From Pseudoalteromonas tetraodonis (GTDB lineage Bacteria; Pseudomonadota; Gammaproteobacteria; Enterobacterales; Alteromonadaceae), in the NCBI RefSeq assembly GCF_002310835.1, contig NZ_CP011042.1, forward strand, positions 630,001-662,000: a DNA stretch of 32,000 nucleotides, in the 5' to 3' direction. Below, in pieces: positions 1 through 8,952 of the stretch; the first letter of the stretch is position 1, and every line of letters begins with the position of its first letter. Under the pieces are notes generated by a model. The model made no database searches. It was not told the origin of the DNA and saw nothing but the letters and a program-made list of their open reading frames with translations. A program made the position numbers and the translations under genes.

Positions 1-12
1 TTTTGTAATAGC

Positions 13-308
13 TATTCCTTGAACATTAGGGTCTATTGACCTTTCAAGGTTGAATTTGCAGCAGTCTGTTTGGTATTTAGGCAAGGCAGAGCCTATGTAG
101 TGTTGTTATTCCCCATAAATAGGTGCTAACGCAGCATCAATGCCAAACAGGCGCTGCCCTTCGGGTTCTGCCTAGGGGCGATTTACTCTTTGTTGCTCGG
201 TTTTGACTTAGCCCACTAGGTTGCAAACCTCGCGCCGCGATTAAACCGCCCCTAGTTTGAACAAATTTTAATCCGCAAAGGTCAACAGACCCTAGTTAAA
301 GAATACCT
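13..308. repeat. Self-complementary ~300 bp intergenic element bounded by inverted repeats (MITE-like or structured RNA; identity unknown)
   Basis: 27-45 TAGGGTCTATTGACCTTTC matches the reverse complement of 276-294 at 17/19 positions. Similarity extends outward to about 13 and 308 (TATTCCTTGAAC vs TATTCTTTAAC). There are two internal hairpins: 58-77 pairs with 139-157 (CTGTTTGGTATT / AATGCCAAACAG plus GCAGC/GCTGC), and 172-185 pairs with 242-255 (CTAGGGGCGATTTA / TAAACCGCCCCTAG, 13/14). No ORF of 60 aa or more. Confidence 0.5.
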
Positions 309-374
309 AAGGGAGGGAGTAAATGCTATTCGCAAGGTGTAATTTAAAGTGAATTTATGGTTTTAACATACTGA

Positions 375-395
375 GTGCGCCACAAAATGGCGCAC
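375..395 (-). terminator. Hairpin just downstream of hisIE; possible operon terminator but lacks a U-tract
   Basis: GTGCGCCA (375-382), loop CAAAA, TGGCGCAC (388-395): a perfect 8-bp GC-rich stem 17 nt past the hisIE stop. No T-run follows on either strand. Confidence 0.35.
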
Positions 396-411
396 ACAGT
401 AACAGGCGGTT

Positions 412-1026
412 TTACTTATGACGCCCTTGTAGGCAAGCAACTGCATCGGTGAGCTCTAAGCCTTGACGCTGTAGTAACACAATTAAGTGATACAACAAGT
501 CAGCCGATTCGTTAGTAAGCTCATTGTTGTCGTGTTTCATTGCCGCAAGCGCCACTTCAACGCCTTCTTCACCTACTTTTTGGCAGCTGCGGCTTAAGTC
601 TTCAGCAAATAAGGACGCGGTGTAGCTTTTAGCTGGATCGTCGTTTTTACGTGCAACAATCACATCTTCAAGTTGCGCTAAAAAGCTTAAGCTTGGTTTT
701 GCAGCATCGCCAAAACAGCTTTGCGTGCCTAAATGGCACGTTGGCCCTTCTGGGTTTGCCAATACTAAAATTGAATCGTAGTCGCAATCTGTATGCACAG
801 AGACCACGTTTAAGTAGTTTTCTGATGACTCGCCTTTGGTCCATAAACGCGATTTAGAACGCGAATAAAAAGTAACCTTATTACTTTCAAGCGTGACAGC
901 AAGCGCTTCGCTATTCATAAAACCTTGCATTAAAATAACGCCAGAGCGTGCATCTTGAACAATCGCAGGGATCATCTCGCTTTTTGCGAAATCAACTTGA
1001 GTTAGGTTTTCTTGCGTTACTAGCAT
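412..1026 (-). CDS. hisI: Bifunctional phosphoribosyl-AMP cyclohydrolase / phosphoribosyl-ATP pyrophosphatase HisIE
   Basis: 204 aa ORF. The N-terminal half resembles the HisI cyclohydrolase (conserved cysteines CHLGTQSCF) and the C-terminal half resembles HisE. It overlaps the hisF stop by 7 nt and is last in the his gene order. Confidence 0.95.
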   Translation of the reverse strand: MLVTQENLTQVDFAKSEMIPAIVQDARSGVILMQGFMNSEALAVTLESNKVTFYSRSKSRLWTKGESSENYLNVVSVHTDCDYDSILVLANPEGPTCHLGTQSCFGDAAKPSLSFLAQLEDVIVARKNDDPAKSYTASLFAEDLSRSCQKVGEEGVEVALAAMKHDNNELTNESADLLYHLIVLLQRQGLELTDAVACLQGRHK

Positions 1027-1796
1027 AATCTGGCTGCCACTTGGTTATCTATTAAAAATTGTTTTAGTTCGCCAATGTTAATCACGTTTTTATGAAAAAC
1101 GCTGGCTGCGAGTGCACCATCTACTTTGCTTTGTTTAAATACATCAACAAAATCTTGCATTGTGCCTGCACCCCCTGAGGCGATTAAAGGAATGTCGCAT
1201 AGCTCGCGTATTTTACTCAGCTGCTCATTGTCGTAACCGTTGCGAACACCATCTTGGTTCATACAATTTAAAACGATTTCGCCAGCACCTAAGTCTTGTA
1301 CCCGCTGAACCCACTCTTGAGTTTTATAACGAGTACGGCTTGAGGCATTAGGATCGCCTGTAAGCTGATACACTAAGTATTCACCGGTTTTTTCATCGTA
1401 AAAGCTATCAATACCGACAACCACACACTGCTTGCCAAACTCATCGTGTAACTCTTTTATAAGCTCAGGACGGGCAATGGCAGGGCTATTAATACTGATT
1501 TTGTCAGCGCCGCGTTCAAGTACGCGCGCTGCATCGGCTACCGATTTAATGCCACCCGCTACACAAAATGGAATGTCGATATGGCGGGCAATATTTTCTA
1601 CCCAATTTACATCGAGTAATCGTTTTTCAACGCTTGCACTGATCTCGTAAAATACCAGTTCGTCGGCACCGGCTTCACTGTAGGCTTTAGCAAGTGTTAA
1701 AACATCGCCGACTACCTCATGGCCCTTAAATTTAACGCCTTTAACGACTTGGCCGTCTTTTACGTCTAAACAAGGAATTATGCGTTTTGATAACAT
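1020..1796 (-). CDS. hisF: Imidazole glycerol phosphate synthase cyclase subunit HisF
   Basis: 258 aa. The N-terminus [20 protein letters not shown] closely matches E. coli HisF ([20 protein letters not shown]). GAGGT Shine-Dalgarno 6 nt upstream of the ATG. Confidence 0.97.
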   Translation of the reverse strand: MLSKRIIPCLDVKDGQVVKGVKFKGHEVVGDVLTLAKAYSEAGADELVFYEISASVEKRLLDVNWVENIARHIDIPFCVAGGIKSVADAARVLERGADKISINSPAIARPELIKELHDEFGKQCVVVGIDSFYDEKTGEYLVYQLTGDPNASSRTRYKTQEWVQRVQDLGAGEIVLNCMNQDGVRNGYDNEQLSKIRELCDIPLIASGGAGTMQDFVDVFKQSKVDGALAASVFHKNVINIGELKQFLIDNQVAARLC

Positions 1797-2091
1797 GCGC
1801 TTACCTCGTTTTTAAAATTCTGGATTGTAATATGGTTATTATTACGTTTGTTATTGGTATAACTCATTAGAAGACACATAGACTGCACTTGATATGTTAT
1901 ATTTTTAATAAAAATGAATAGTTAATTTAATGAATGAATCTAAATGCATTACTATGCAATGAATTCTTGGCTCCACTATATAATAAAACTTGCGCTATGT
2001 TAATGGTAAAAGCTAGAACTAAAAGTGATAATTCATTCCGGAAAAACGCGCAATCTTGAAACCGTATACTAAATTCATAAAATACTAAAAA

Positions 2092-4092
2092 TTAGCGTGT
2101 TTCTTTAGAAAACCGATAGCAGTTTCGACCGGAATTTTTAGCCTCGTAAAGTGCTTGGTCTGCGTGTGTTTTTACTTCTAAGCTAGTATGAGCTTGTCCG
2201 TTTGTGATGGTAATTCCTATACTTATTCCGAGCGTGCGTTTTTGGTCAAATAAAATAAATGGTTTGCTAATATTTGTAATGATTCTTTGTGCTATCTCAG
2301 AGATCACGTCTTTATCATTTAACTGTGGCAAAATTGCTGCAAATTCATCTCCACCTATTCGAGCAATAATATCGTGCTTACGTAAACAGCTTTTTATGCG
2401 CGTTGCAACTTCTTTAAGTGCTTCATCGCCTGCACCATGGCCTAACTCATCATTTATTGGCTTGAAGTAATCTAAATCTAAATACATGAGGACTAATGGT
2501 GACTCATTGAACTGGGCTTTATTTAGTTCTTTATCAAGCTTATCTAAAAATATCCTACGGTTATAAAGTCCTGTTAAGCTATCTACAAACGCATAACTTT
2601 CTACTTTGGCCTCGTATTCTCGTCTGGCGATAGTGTGATTAGCAAAGGTGTAAATAACAAATATCATTAATAACATTACACCTAGATAGAGCAAAACAAT
2701 CAATTTTTTTAAACTACTAAATTCGTTTTCAATCAGTGATAGAGGGACCTTATTTACTAACTTCCATTTGGGCCATTTCCCGTTGCTATTTCTCGGATTA
2801 TCAAGTGTTGGTACTTGATCTAGTAAGGTCATGTGTTCAAAAATATAAATGTTGTTATCCTTTTCAATGATCCCATTTGTTTTAGTTTCCATCGCTTGCC
2901 ATATATCTGGATGGATATCTTGAAAACGTTGCTGGGGTTTATTGGCAAACATAAAAGCCCATTGTTTTTGTACATCACCAAATAACCAGTAACTTTCTTC
3001 ATTAAAGAGCATAATGTCACCTAGTGAGCTTTTAGAAATATTTTCTAATTGACTAAGTAAATGCACACCTCCGAGATTTATTATAAGTAAGCCAATCTTT
3101 TCATTGTTTTTGTCAACTAGCACTGAGCCTAAACGGATCATTGGTTTTAATGGCCTTTCAATTTGACCATTTTCAATATTTAAATCTAATGGAGATATAA
3201 AAATATCATCAGGGCTGAGCTTTATCCCGCGTTTATAGTAGTATCGATCGCTTTTATCTTGAAGCTTGTCTGGAGGTACGATAACGGTACTGTTATTTTC
3301 TCTTTGCACCCTTATTAACTCTTGGCCTTTTAAGCTAAGAATTCTTATTTGGGTGTAATAATTTTTTATGGTGATAAAATTAAAATAGTCCTGTTCTAAT
3401 AGTGTTTTGTTTTCATTACTAAAAAAACGCTGTTCCTTAAAGTGGTGATTATTTTTAAGAATTAACAGATCACGAGATGCATGATTAAGTTGTTGTAAAA
3501 ACGAATATTTAGCTTGTTTTAACTCATTTTTCTCTTTTTGAATAACAGAACCTATACGCGTTTGTATTTGGTTTTCGTAAAACATATACAAGGCAATATA
3601 TAAAATAATTGCAGAGCAAAAATAGGTCAGTAGGCTAGTAAATATGGTTGTGTTTAGCTTTTGCGAATTTTGCTCTTGTAAGGGCAAGAAGGCAGGTTTA
3701 ATAATGGAAAAGTAAATTATAGGCACACTCAGACTACTGAGTATTAAGCTATCAATTGCTATGACTTGCCATTGCTGTAAAACAAATTCGTCAAAATTAA
3801 AGGCAAACATAACTAAAGCCTCAATCGTAAAAACGATCATAGCTATTTTAAATGTTAGGAATTCGGTTCTCGATTGTTGGTTTTTTACAAAGTCACTATC
3901 ATTAAATAAGTAGTGAATAGTAATAATAGCAATGAATGAGATAAGGCTGACATCTAATATTACAGAAAACCAGATGCCTGTATATTTCGTAACAAATGAT
4001 GCCAATAACATCATAATAATGGCTTCACTTAACGCCAGTGATATAAATAGAATAAGTAAGCGTTGTAATGGCATATAAAGTTTCCGAGCCAA
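2092..4092 (-). CDS. Membrane-bound sensor diguanylate cyclase (multi-TM N-terminus, ~290 aa extracytoplasmic Cache-like region, TM helix, C-terminal GGDEF domain)
   Basis: 666 aa. It has an intact GGDEF motif (RIGGDEFAAIL) with an RxxD I-site five residues upstream (RKHD). There are several hydrophobic helices in residues 1-175 and another at about 472-495. The assignment of the middle domain is tentative. Confidence 0.9.
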   Translation of the reverse strand: MARKLYMPLQRLLILFISLALSEAIIMMLLASFVTKYTGIWFSVILDVSLISFIAIITIHYLFNDSDFVKNQQSRTEFLTFKIAMIVFTIEALVMFAFNFDEFVLQQWQVIAIDSLILSSLSVPIIYFSIIKPAFLPLQEQNSQKLNTTIFTSLLTYFCSAIILYIALYMFYENQIQTRIGSVIQKEKNELKQAKYSFLQQLNHASRDLLILKNNHHFKEQRFFSNENKTLLEQDYFNFITIKNYYTQIRILSLKGQELIRVQRENNSTVIVPPDKLQDKSDRYYYKRGIKLSPDDIFISPLDLNIENGQIERPLKPMIRLGSVLVDKNNEKIGLLIINLGGVHLLSQLENISKSSLGDIMLFNEESYWLFGDVQKQWAFMFANKPQQRFQDIHPDIWQAMETKTNGIIEKDNNIYIFEHMTLLDQVPTLDNPRNSNGKWPKWKLVNKVPLSLIENEFSSLKKLIVLLYLGVMLLMIFVIYTFANHTIARREYEAKVESYAFVDSLTGLYNRRIFLDKLDKELNKAQFNESPLVLMYLDLDYFKPINDELGHGAGDEALKEVATRIKSCLRKHDIIARIGGDEFAAILPQLNDKDVISEIAQRIITNISKPFILFDQKRTLGISIGITITNGQAHTSLEVKTHADQALYEAKNSGRNCYRFSKETR

Positions 4093-4258
4093 TTATTATT
4101 GAATAACAAAAGCGACTAAATTTAATATAGGGCGGACAGTAGAATTGTTATCGTTAATTTAAAAATACTGCTGTTTGATATTAATATAATAATTAGAAAG
4201 TGCGTTTATTGCCATTATGGTTGTGCGTTTATTCTGTAATTTTTGACTAAAGTAGGGT

Positions 4259-4298
4259 GAATCTTGATCAAAGTGTTCATAACATTTGACCAAGATTC
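4259..4298 (-). terminator. Long imperfect hairpin downstream of the RND gene (terminator or operator; no U-tract)
   Basis: GAATCTTGATCAAAGTG (4259-4275), 7-nt loop, CATTTGACCAAGATTC (4283-4298). It starts 15 nt past the RND stop codon. Confidence 0.35.
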
Positions 4299-4312
4299 AG
4301 TGTGATCAACAA

Positions 4313-7300
4313 TTAACTATGTATATGTTCATCTGTTTTTACGTTCATAAATATCGCGTAGAGTACGGGGATCACAATTAAAGTCAGTAGGGTGGCAAAC
4401 AGTAACCCAAACACCAGTACCACTGACATCGATTGGAAAAACGCATCAAAGTATAGTGGTATTACCCCTAGTACGGTGGTGAGTGTGCCCATCATTACTG
4501 GTCTTACCCGACTATTTGCCGAATCGATAATGGCCTCATAGCGTGGTTTTCCTTGGCGTATTTCCATATCCATCTGATCCACTAATACAATGGCATTTTT
4601 AATCAATAAACCAGAGAGCGACAGTAATCCTAATATACCCATAAACTCTAATGGGATTTGTGTAGTAACCAGCCCAAAAACAACACCAATTAAGGCTAAT
4701 GGCACCACAAGCCAAATAATAATAGGTTGTTTTAATGCGTTAAATAACACAATAACAATGAGTACCATGGCTAAAAAACCCAGTGGAATAGTTGAGGCCA
4801 GCATTTCGTTAGACTCTTTCGATTGACCATATTCGCCATCCCATTCTAGGCGGTAGCCTTGTGGTAGTTCAATGGCTTCTATTTTTGGTTTTACTCTATT
4901 AAATAACTCAGAAGCAAGCTCCCCTGGCAGTGGATCGGCTTGGGCTTTTATGGTCCATTCACGGTCTTCACGTTTTAATATGCCGTCGCGCCATACGGTT
5001 TTAAAGCCATTGGTGACTTGAGCAAGAGGCAGTGTTTCACCGGTGATATTGCTTTGCACTTGAATGTTACCAATGTCGTTTATGTCTACGCGTTCTTTTT
5101 GTGGCGCTCTGACGATAATAGGAATGAGCTCTTCGCCTTCACGATACTGCCCAACCACTTGCCCTGAAAAGTTTTGTTGCAGTGCTTCAGCAACAGCTTT
5201 GCGCGTTACACCTGCGCGCTGTGCATTAATGGCTGAGTACTGTGGCTCAATAACACTAATGCGTTGTCGCCAGGTGTCTTTAATTGATAACGCACCGCCA
5301 TCATCAATTAATATGGCTTTTGCTTTTGCTGCCAGCTCTCTTAATACACTCGGATCGGGGCCTTTAAATGTGGCTTCTATTTTAGAGCCACCACCTGGGC
5401 CCATTACAAAGCGCCATACTTTGCCTTGAGCATCGACAAAGTTATCGTCAATGTAATTTTGTACGGTAGGTAAAAGTTGATCTAGCTTTTTGTAGTCATC
5501 GACTTTAGCTAAAATTTGCCCGTAAGAACTGTTTGGTGACTCACTACCATAAATAAGCATGTAGCGAAGCCCGCCGCCGCCAATAAGCGTTTGTATGCCT
5601 TCAACGCCATTTTGTTGCTTTACAAATTCCTCTAACTTGAGCATATCTTTTTTGGTTTTTTCAATATCGGTACCTTGCGGTAGCCAAAAATCAACCACCA
5701 TTTGCGGTGTGGTAGAAGCTGGGAAAAAACCTGATTTTACAAATTGAAATCCCCACATAGACACACTAAAAGTGGCAACCACAATGGCAATACTAAGCCA
5801 GCGGTGATGCAGTGCTGACACCACTACCGATTGATAAAGAGCCATGAGTTTATTTGGTTTTGCTGAGCCTGAGGTGTCGTTATCTTGCTCTTTAAACAAG
5901 CAATAGCAAAATAAGGGAGTTAGGGTAATGGCAAATAACCAGCTGTATAATAAGGAGATTAAAATAACCCAAAATAAATGGCCGGTAAATTCAGCGGTAT
6001 CGCCCGGTGCGAGGCCAATAGGTGCAAAGGCAACAATGCCGACTAATGTACCGCCAAGTAGTGGCCATTTAGTTTGTTTTACAACTTCACTGGCAATGTC
6101 TAACTTTTTACGCCCTTGTTGTGTGCCTACCAAAATTCCTTCTGTCACCACAATCGCATTATCAACCATCATACCGAGGGCAATAATAAGCGCACCTAAG
6201 GAAATACGGTGCATGGGTATACCGCTAAAGTCCATGGTAGCAAGTGTCGCAAAAATAGTTAGCAGTAATACGGCGCCAATAATAATCCCAGAGCGCAACC
6301 CCATAAATAGCAGTAGCGTGACCATGACAATCACCAGCGCGACTAATACATTAACCACAAAGTTATCGACTGAGTCTTGTACCACTTTTCCTTGGTGGTA
6401 AAACTCATGCACGCTGATGCCAAGCGGTCTGAGGTTTTCAGTTTGCTTTACTTTATCATCAACGCGGTCAAACACTTTTACCACATTAGCGCCTAATACA
6501 CTGGCAACCCCCAGGGATATGGCAGGCTTAGAGTTGTAGCGCACTAACTTGGTTGCTGGGCTTTGAAAACCGCGGTATACATTGGCAATATCTTTTAGGT
6601 AAATTGTTTTACCTTTAGCGCTGGCACTTACCAGTAGGTTTTTAATGGTATCAACGGAGTTTAATTCGCCGGTGGGATCAATAAAAATACGTTGATCGCC
6701 AATTTGGGTATTACCTGCACTCAATACGGCGTTTTGTTCATCCAAAATACCGTAAATGTTATTGATAGATACACCTAAAGAGGCTAACTCTTCTCGAGCA
6801 ATTTCTACAAATATTCCCTCTTGTTGTACGCCCGTCATGGCAACTTTCGCTACACCGTCTACTTGTAAAATGTCACTTTGTAGCGTTTTAGCATAGGCAT
6901 GTAACTCGTCGGGTGAGTATCCTTCGGCGGTTATTAAATAGCTCAAGCCATACACATCACCAAAATCGTCATAAACTTGAGGCGTGCCAGTACCTGGCGG
7001 TAATGTTGGACGTGTGTCATTTATTTTGTTTCTGAGCTTAGTCCAAATAACTTGCAACTCAGATTTAGTCGGAGAAAACTCTGATTTAATCTCTACTTTA
7101 ATTTCAGATAAACCTGTAGATGAGGTGGACGATATAGTATCAACTTCTTGTAGTTCTTGAATTGCACGTTCAAGCGGCTCAGTTACCTCTTTTGCTACTT
7201 CTAGCGGGCTTGCACCTGAGTACGAGACAAACACTTGCGCGGTGCGAATTATAAATTCGGGGTCTTCAAACCGCGCCATATTTTTATAGGATGAAAAACC

Positions 7301-7372
7301 AAACCCTAGAGTTAAAATTATGAGTATGGTGCTAATTAATTTATTATTGATTGTCCATTTTGCTAAATCCAT
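4313..7372 (-). CDS. RND-family efflux transporter, inner-membrane permease subunit (AcrB/AcrD/AcrF family)
   Basis: 1019 aa. It has the typical RND layout of an N-terminal TM helix, a large periplasmic loop, a TM bundle, and the same arrangement repeated. It sits 10 nt downstream of a membrane-fusion protein gene. Confidence 0.93.
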   Translation of the reverse strand: MDLAKWTINNKLISTILIILTLGFGFSSYKNMARFEDPEFIIRTAQVFVSYSGASPLEVAKEVTEPLERAIQELQEVDTISSTSSTGLSEIKVEIKSEFSPTKSELQVIWTKLRNKINDTRPTLPPGTGTPQVYDDFGDVYGLSYLITAEGYSPDELHAYAKTLQSDILQVDGVAKVAMTGVQQEGIFVEIAREELASLGVSINNIYGILDEQNAVLSAGNTQIGDQRIFIDPTGELNSVDTIKNLLVSASAKGKTIYLKDIANVYRGFQSPATKLVRYNSKPAISLGVASVLGANVVKVFDRVDDKVKQTENLRPLGISVHEFYHQGKVVQDSVDNFVVNVLVALVIVMVTLLLFMGLRSGIIIGAVLLLTIFATLATMDFSGIPMHRISLGALIIALGMMVDNAIVVTEGILVGTQQGRKKLDIASEVVKQTKWPLLGGTLVGIVAFAPIGLAPGDTAEFTGHLFWVILISLLYSWLFAITLTPLFCYCLFKEQDNDTSGSAKPNKLMALYQSVVVSALHHRWLSIAIVVATFSVSMWGFQFVKSGFFPASTTPQMVVDFWLPQGTDIEKTKKDMLKLEEFVKQQNGVEGIQTLIGGGGLRYMLIYGSESPNSSYGQILAKVDDYKKLDQLLPTVQNYIDDNFVDAQGKVWRFVMGPGGGSKIEATFKGPDPSVLRELAAKAKAILIDDGGALSIKDTWRQRISVIEPQYSAINAQRAGVTRKAVAEALQQNFSGQVVGQYREGEELIPIIVRAPQKERVDINDIGNIQVQSNITGETLPLAQVTNGFKTVWRDGILKREDREWTIKAQADPLPGELASELFNRVKPKIEAIELPQGYRLEWDGEYGQSKESNEMLASTIPLGFLAMVLIVIVLFNALKQPIIIWLVVPLALIGVVFGLVTTQIPLEFMGILGLLSLSGLLIKNAIVLVDQMDMEIRQGKPRYEAIIDSANSRVRPVMMGTLTTVLGVIPLYFDAFFQSMSVVLVFGLLFATLLTLIVIPVLYAIFMNVKTDEHIHS

Positions 7373-7382
7373 TACCGCGCTC

Positions 7383-8453
7383 CTATGCTTTAGTCCAAGG
7401 ACGTACTTTCATACCCTCAGTTACATAGTTTGCACCTGCACCAACAATTACATCGCCAGCACTTAAACCGTCAGTGACGATGAGTTGTTCTCCAATGCCA
7501 TTTTCAATAGTAACGGGAGTTTTAGAAGCTTGCATAGTTTGAGCGTCAACTGTCCATACAAAGTGTTCACCATTTTGTTCAAAAATAGCAAAGGTTGGCA
7601 CTAATAAACGAGTTGTATTTGAGCTGCTTTCACGGGTTATTTTTAGACTGGCATTCATGCCAGGCAATACATTAAGGTTATTTGGTACAGCAAATGCAAA
7701 TCGGACTTCATAAGTTTGACTCGCAGAGTCAGCTTCTAAATTGGCACGTCTAAATGTTGCTGGAATGGGGGGAGTCGATACATCTTGTAAAATAACTGAC
7801 GCTACATTGTTTTGCTTAGAGTCAACCGTGGCCACAATTGAAGCGGGAATATTTACCACCGCTTCCATTTCGCCTTTACCAAATAAAGTAACAACATGTT
7901 GACCCGCGCTTATGTTCTCAAGCTGCTTTACTGGCACCTCAGCAACAATGGCATCGTAAGGCGCTATAATTTTACTGTCGGATAGTGCTTTTTGCGCTGA
8001 GTCATACTGTGATTCGGCTACTTCTTTTTTAGATTTTAGTTGCTCTATATCTCGTTGCGAAATAACCCCATCTTTAGCGAGCTTTAAACCACGTTGATAA
8101 TCATTGTCGGCGGTTTCAAACTGAATTTTGCTCGACTTAACCTCATTAATAAAGTTTCGTTGTTCCAATACGGCTATTACATCGCCTTTTTTTACATTTT
8201 GTGCGGCAATAACATTAAGCGTTTCTAGCTTTCCGCTAACTTGAAAAGCAAGCTTTGAGCTATTTATAGTGTCGATAGTGGCGGGGTAGGTGAGCGTTTT
8301 TGATTGCGACTCATCACCTATGGTTATTAGTTTAACCGCACGTGGTTCGTTTTGTTTTTGTGTAGTGACTTCGTTTTCTGAGCAACCGGCTAATAAAAGC
8401 AAAAACGTAATACTAATTAAATTAAATTTAGTAAAACATGGTGTTTTGATCAT
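7383..8453 (-). CDS. RND efflux periplasmic adaptor (membrane fusion protein), lipoprotein
   Basis: 356 aa. Signal peptide with lipobox LLLAGC|S, a coiled-coil hairpin region, and beta-barrel-like C-terminal sequence typical of the HlyD/AcrA family. Adjacent to the RND permease. Confidence 0.9.
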   Translation of the reverse strand: MIKTPCFTKFNLISITFLLLLAGCSENEVTTQKQNEPRAVKLITIGDESQSKTLTYPATIDTINSSKLAFQVSGKLETLNVIAAQNVKKGDVIAVLEQRNFINEVKSSKIQFETADNDYQRGLKLAKDGVISQRDIEQLKSKKEVAESQYDSAQKALSDSKIIAPYDAIVAEVPVKQLENISAGQHVVTLFGKGEMEAVVNIPASIVATVDSKQNNVASVILQDVSTPPIPATFRRANLEADSASQTYEVRFAFAVPNNLNVLPGMNASLKITRESSSNTTRLLVPTFAIFEQNGEHFVWTVDAQTMQASKTPVTIENGIGEQLIVTDGLSAGDVIVGAGANYVTEGMKVRPWTKA

Positions 8454-8952
8454 TTGGCTTACCTTAAATAAAGAGTGCGTTGTTAATTGTTGGCATTTTT
8501 AAGCAATTAAAAATTACAAAATAGCCAATTGAGTTTGTTTTCAAATTTACCTGAAATGCAATTTATAAAGTAGTAACTACTGACTACTTGAATAGAAGCA
8601 GCCGTTAGTTAATGAGTAAAAAATAACATTTTAATTTCAAGAGTTTATTATTGCTGTACGGTTTTGTTTTAATTTGTGTGATTTTGTAGAACGTAATAAA
8701 TCAGTACCCTAATGCTTGCTTTGTATCAACATTAGTATAATTAACAATCGGCTTTTTTAAAGCGCAGCTCATAAAGATTATATTTTTGGAATTTAAAATA
8801 CTTAAAGTGCGGTTTTTATTAATTAAATTGAAATATTAATTGCTTGGGGTCGGTCTTGTGAGTGTCGTGTCGGTATAACTAAATAAAAGCTATCCGATCT
8901 AAAGCATATCTCAGTAATGGTTAGCCATTAATTTAAAGACGTAATTAAAACT

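Noticed and set aside
13-308. Whether the inverted-repeat element is an integron attC site, or a known housekeeping RNA (tmRNA, RNase P, 6S, SRP, CsrB).
   Set aside because: The ends do not fit the RYYYAAC/GTTRRRY attC core (TTGAAC and GTTAAAG fail the consensus). None of the signature motifs of those RNAs is present: no tmRNA tag ORF, no RNase P GGAAAGTCCGG, no SRP GGAA domain IV, and no multiple GGA loops.
311-352. Very strong Shine-Dalgarno-like GGGAGGGAG followed by ATG at 323 and a 9-codon ORF (MLFARCNLK).
   Set aside because: It is too short and featureless to call a gene. It could be a remnant or part of the adjacent structured element, so I only mention it under that finding.
1797-2091. 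A possible second His-codon leader peptide, or a Fur box, upstream of hisF.
   Set aside because: Reading the minus strand shows no run of CAT/CAC codons. GATAATTCATT at 2027-2037 only partially resembles the Fur consensus.
5928-6401. 157 aa plus-strand ORF. Similar ORFs occur at 4590-4826, 5064-5429, 651-857, 1160-1351, 1432-1650, 2204-2470 and 2829-3020.
   Set aside because: All lie entirely inside, and mostly antisense to, long well-supported genes (RND, hisIE, hisF, GGDEF). They have odd, low-complexity composition and no Shine-Dalgarno, as expected of shadow ORFs.
8491-8505. Sigma-54-like promoter TGGCAT-N-AAGCA.
   Set aside because: The GG-to-GC spacing is one base short of the consensus. 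The -12 element is weak, and the site is about 450 bp from the nearest plus-strand start codon.
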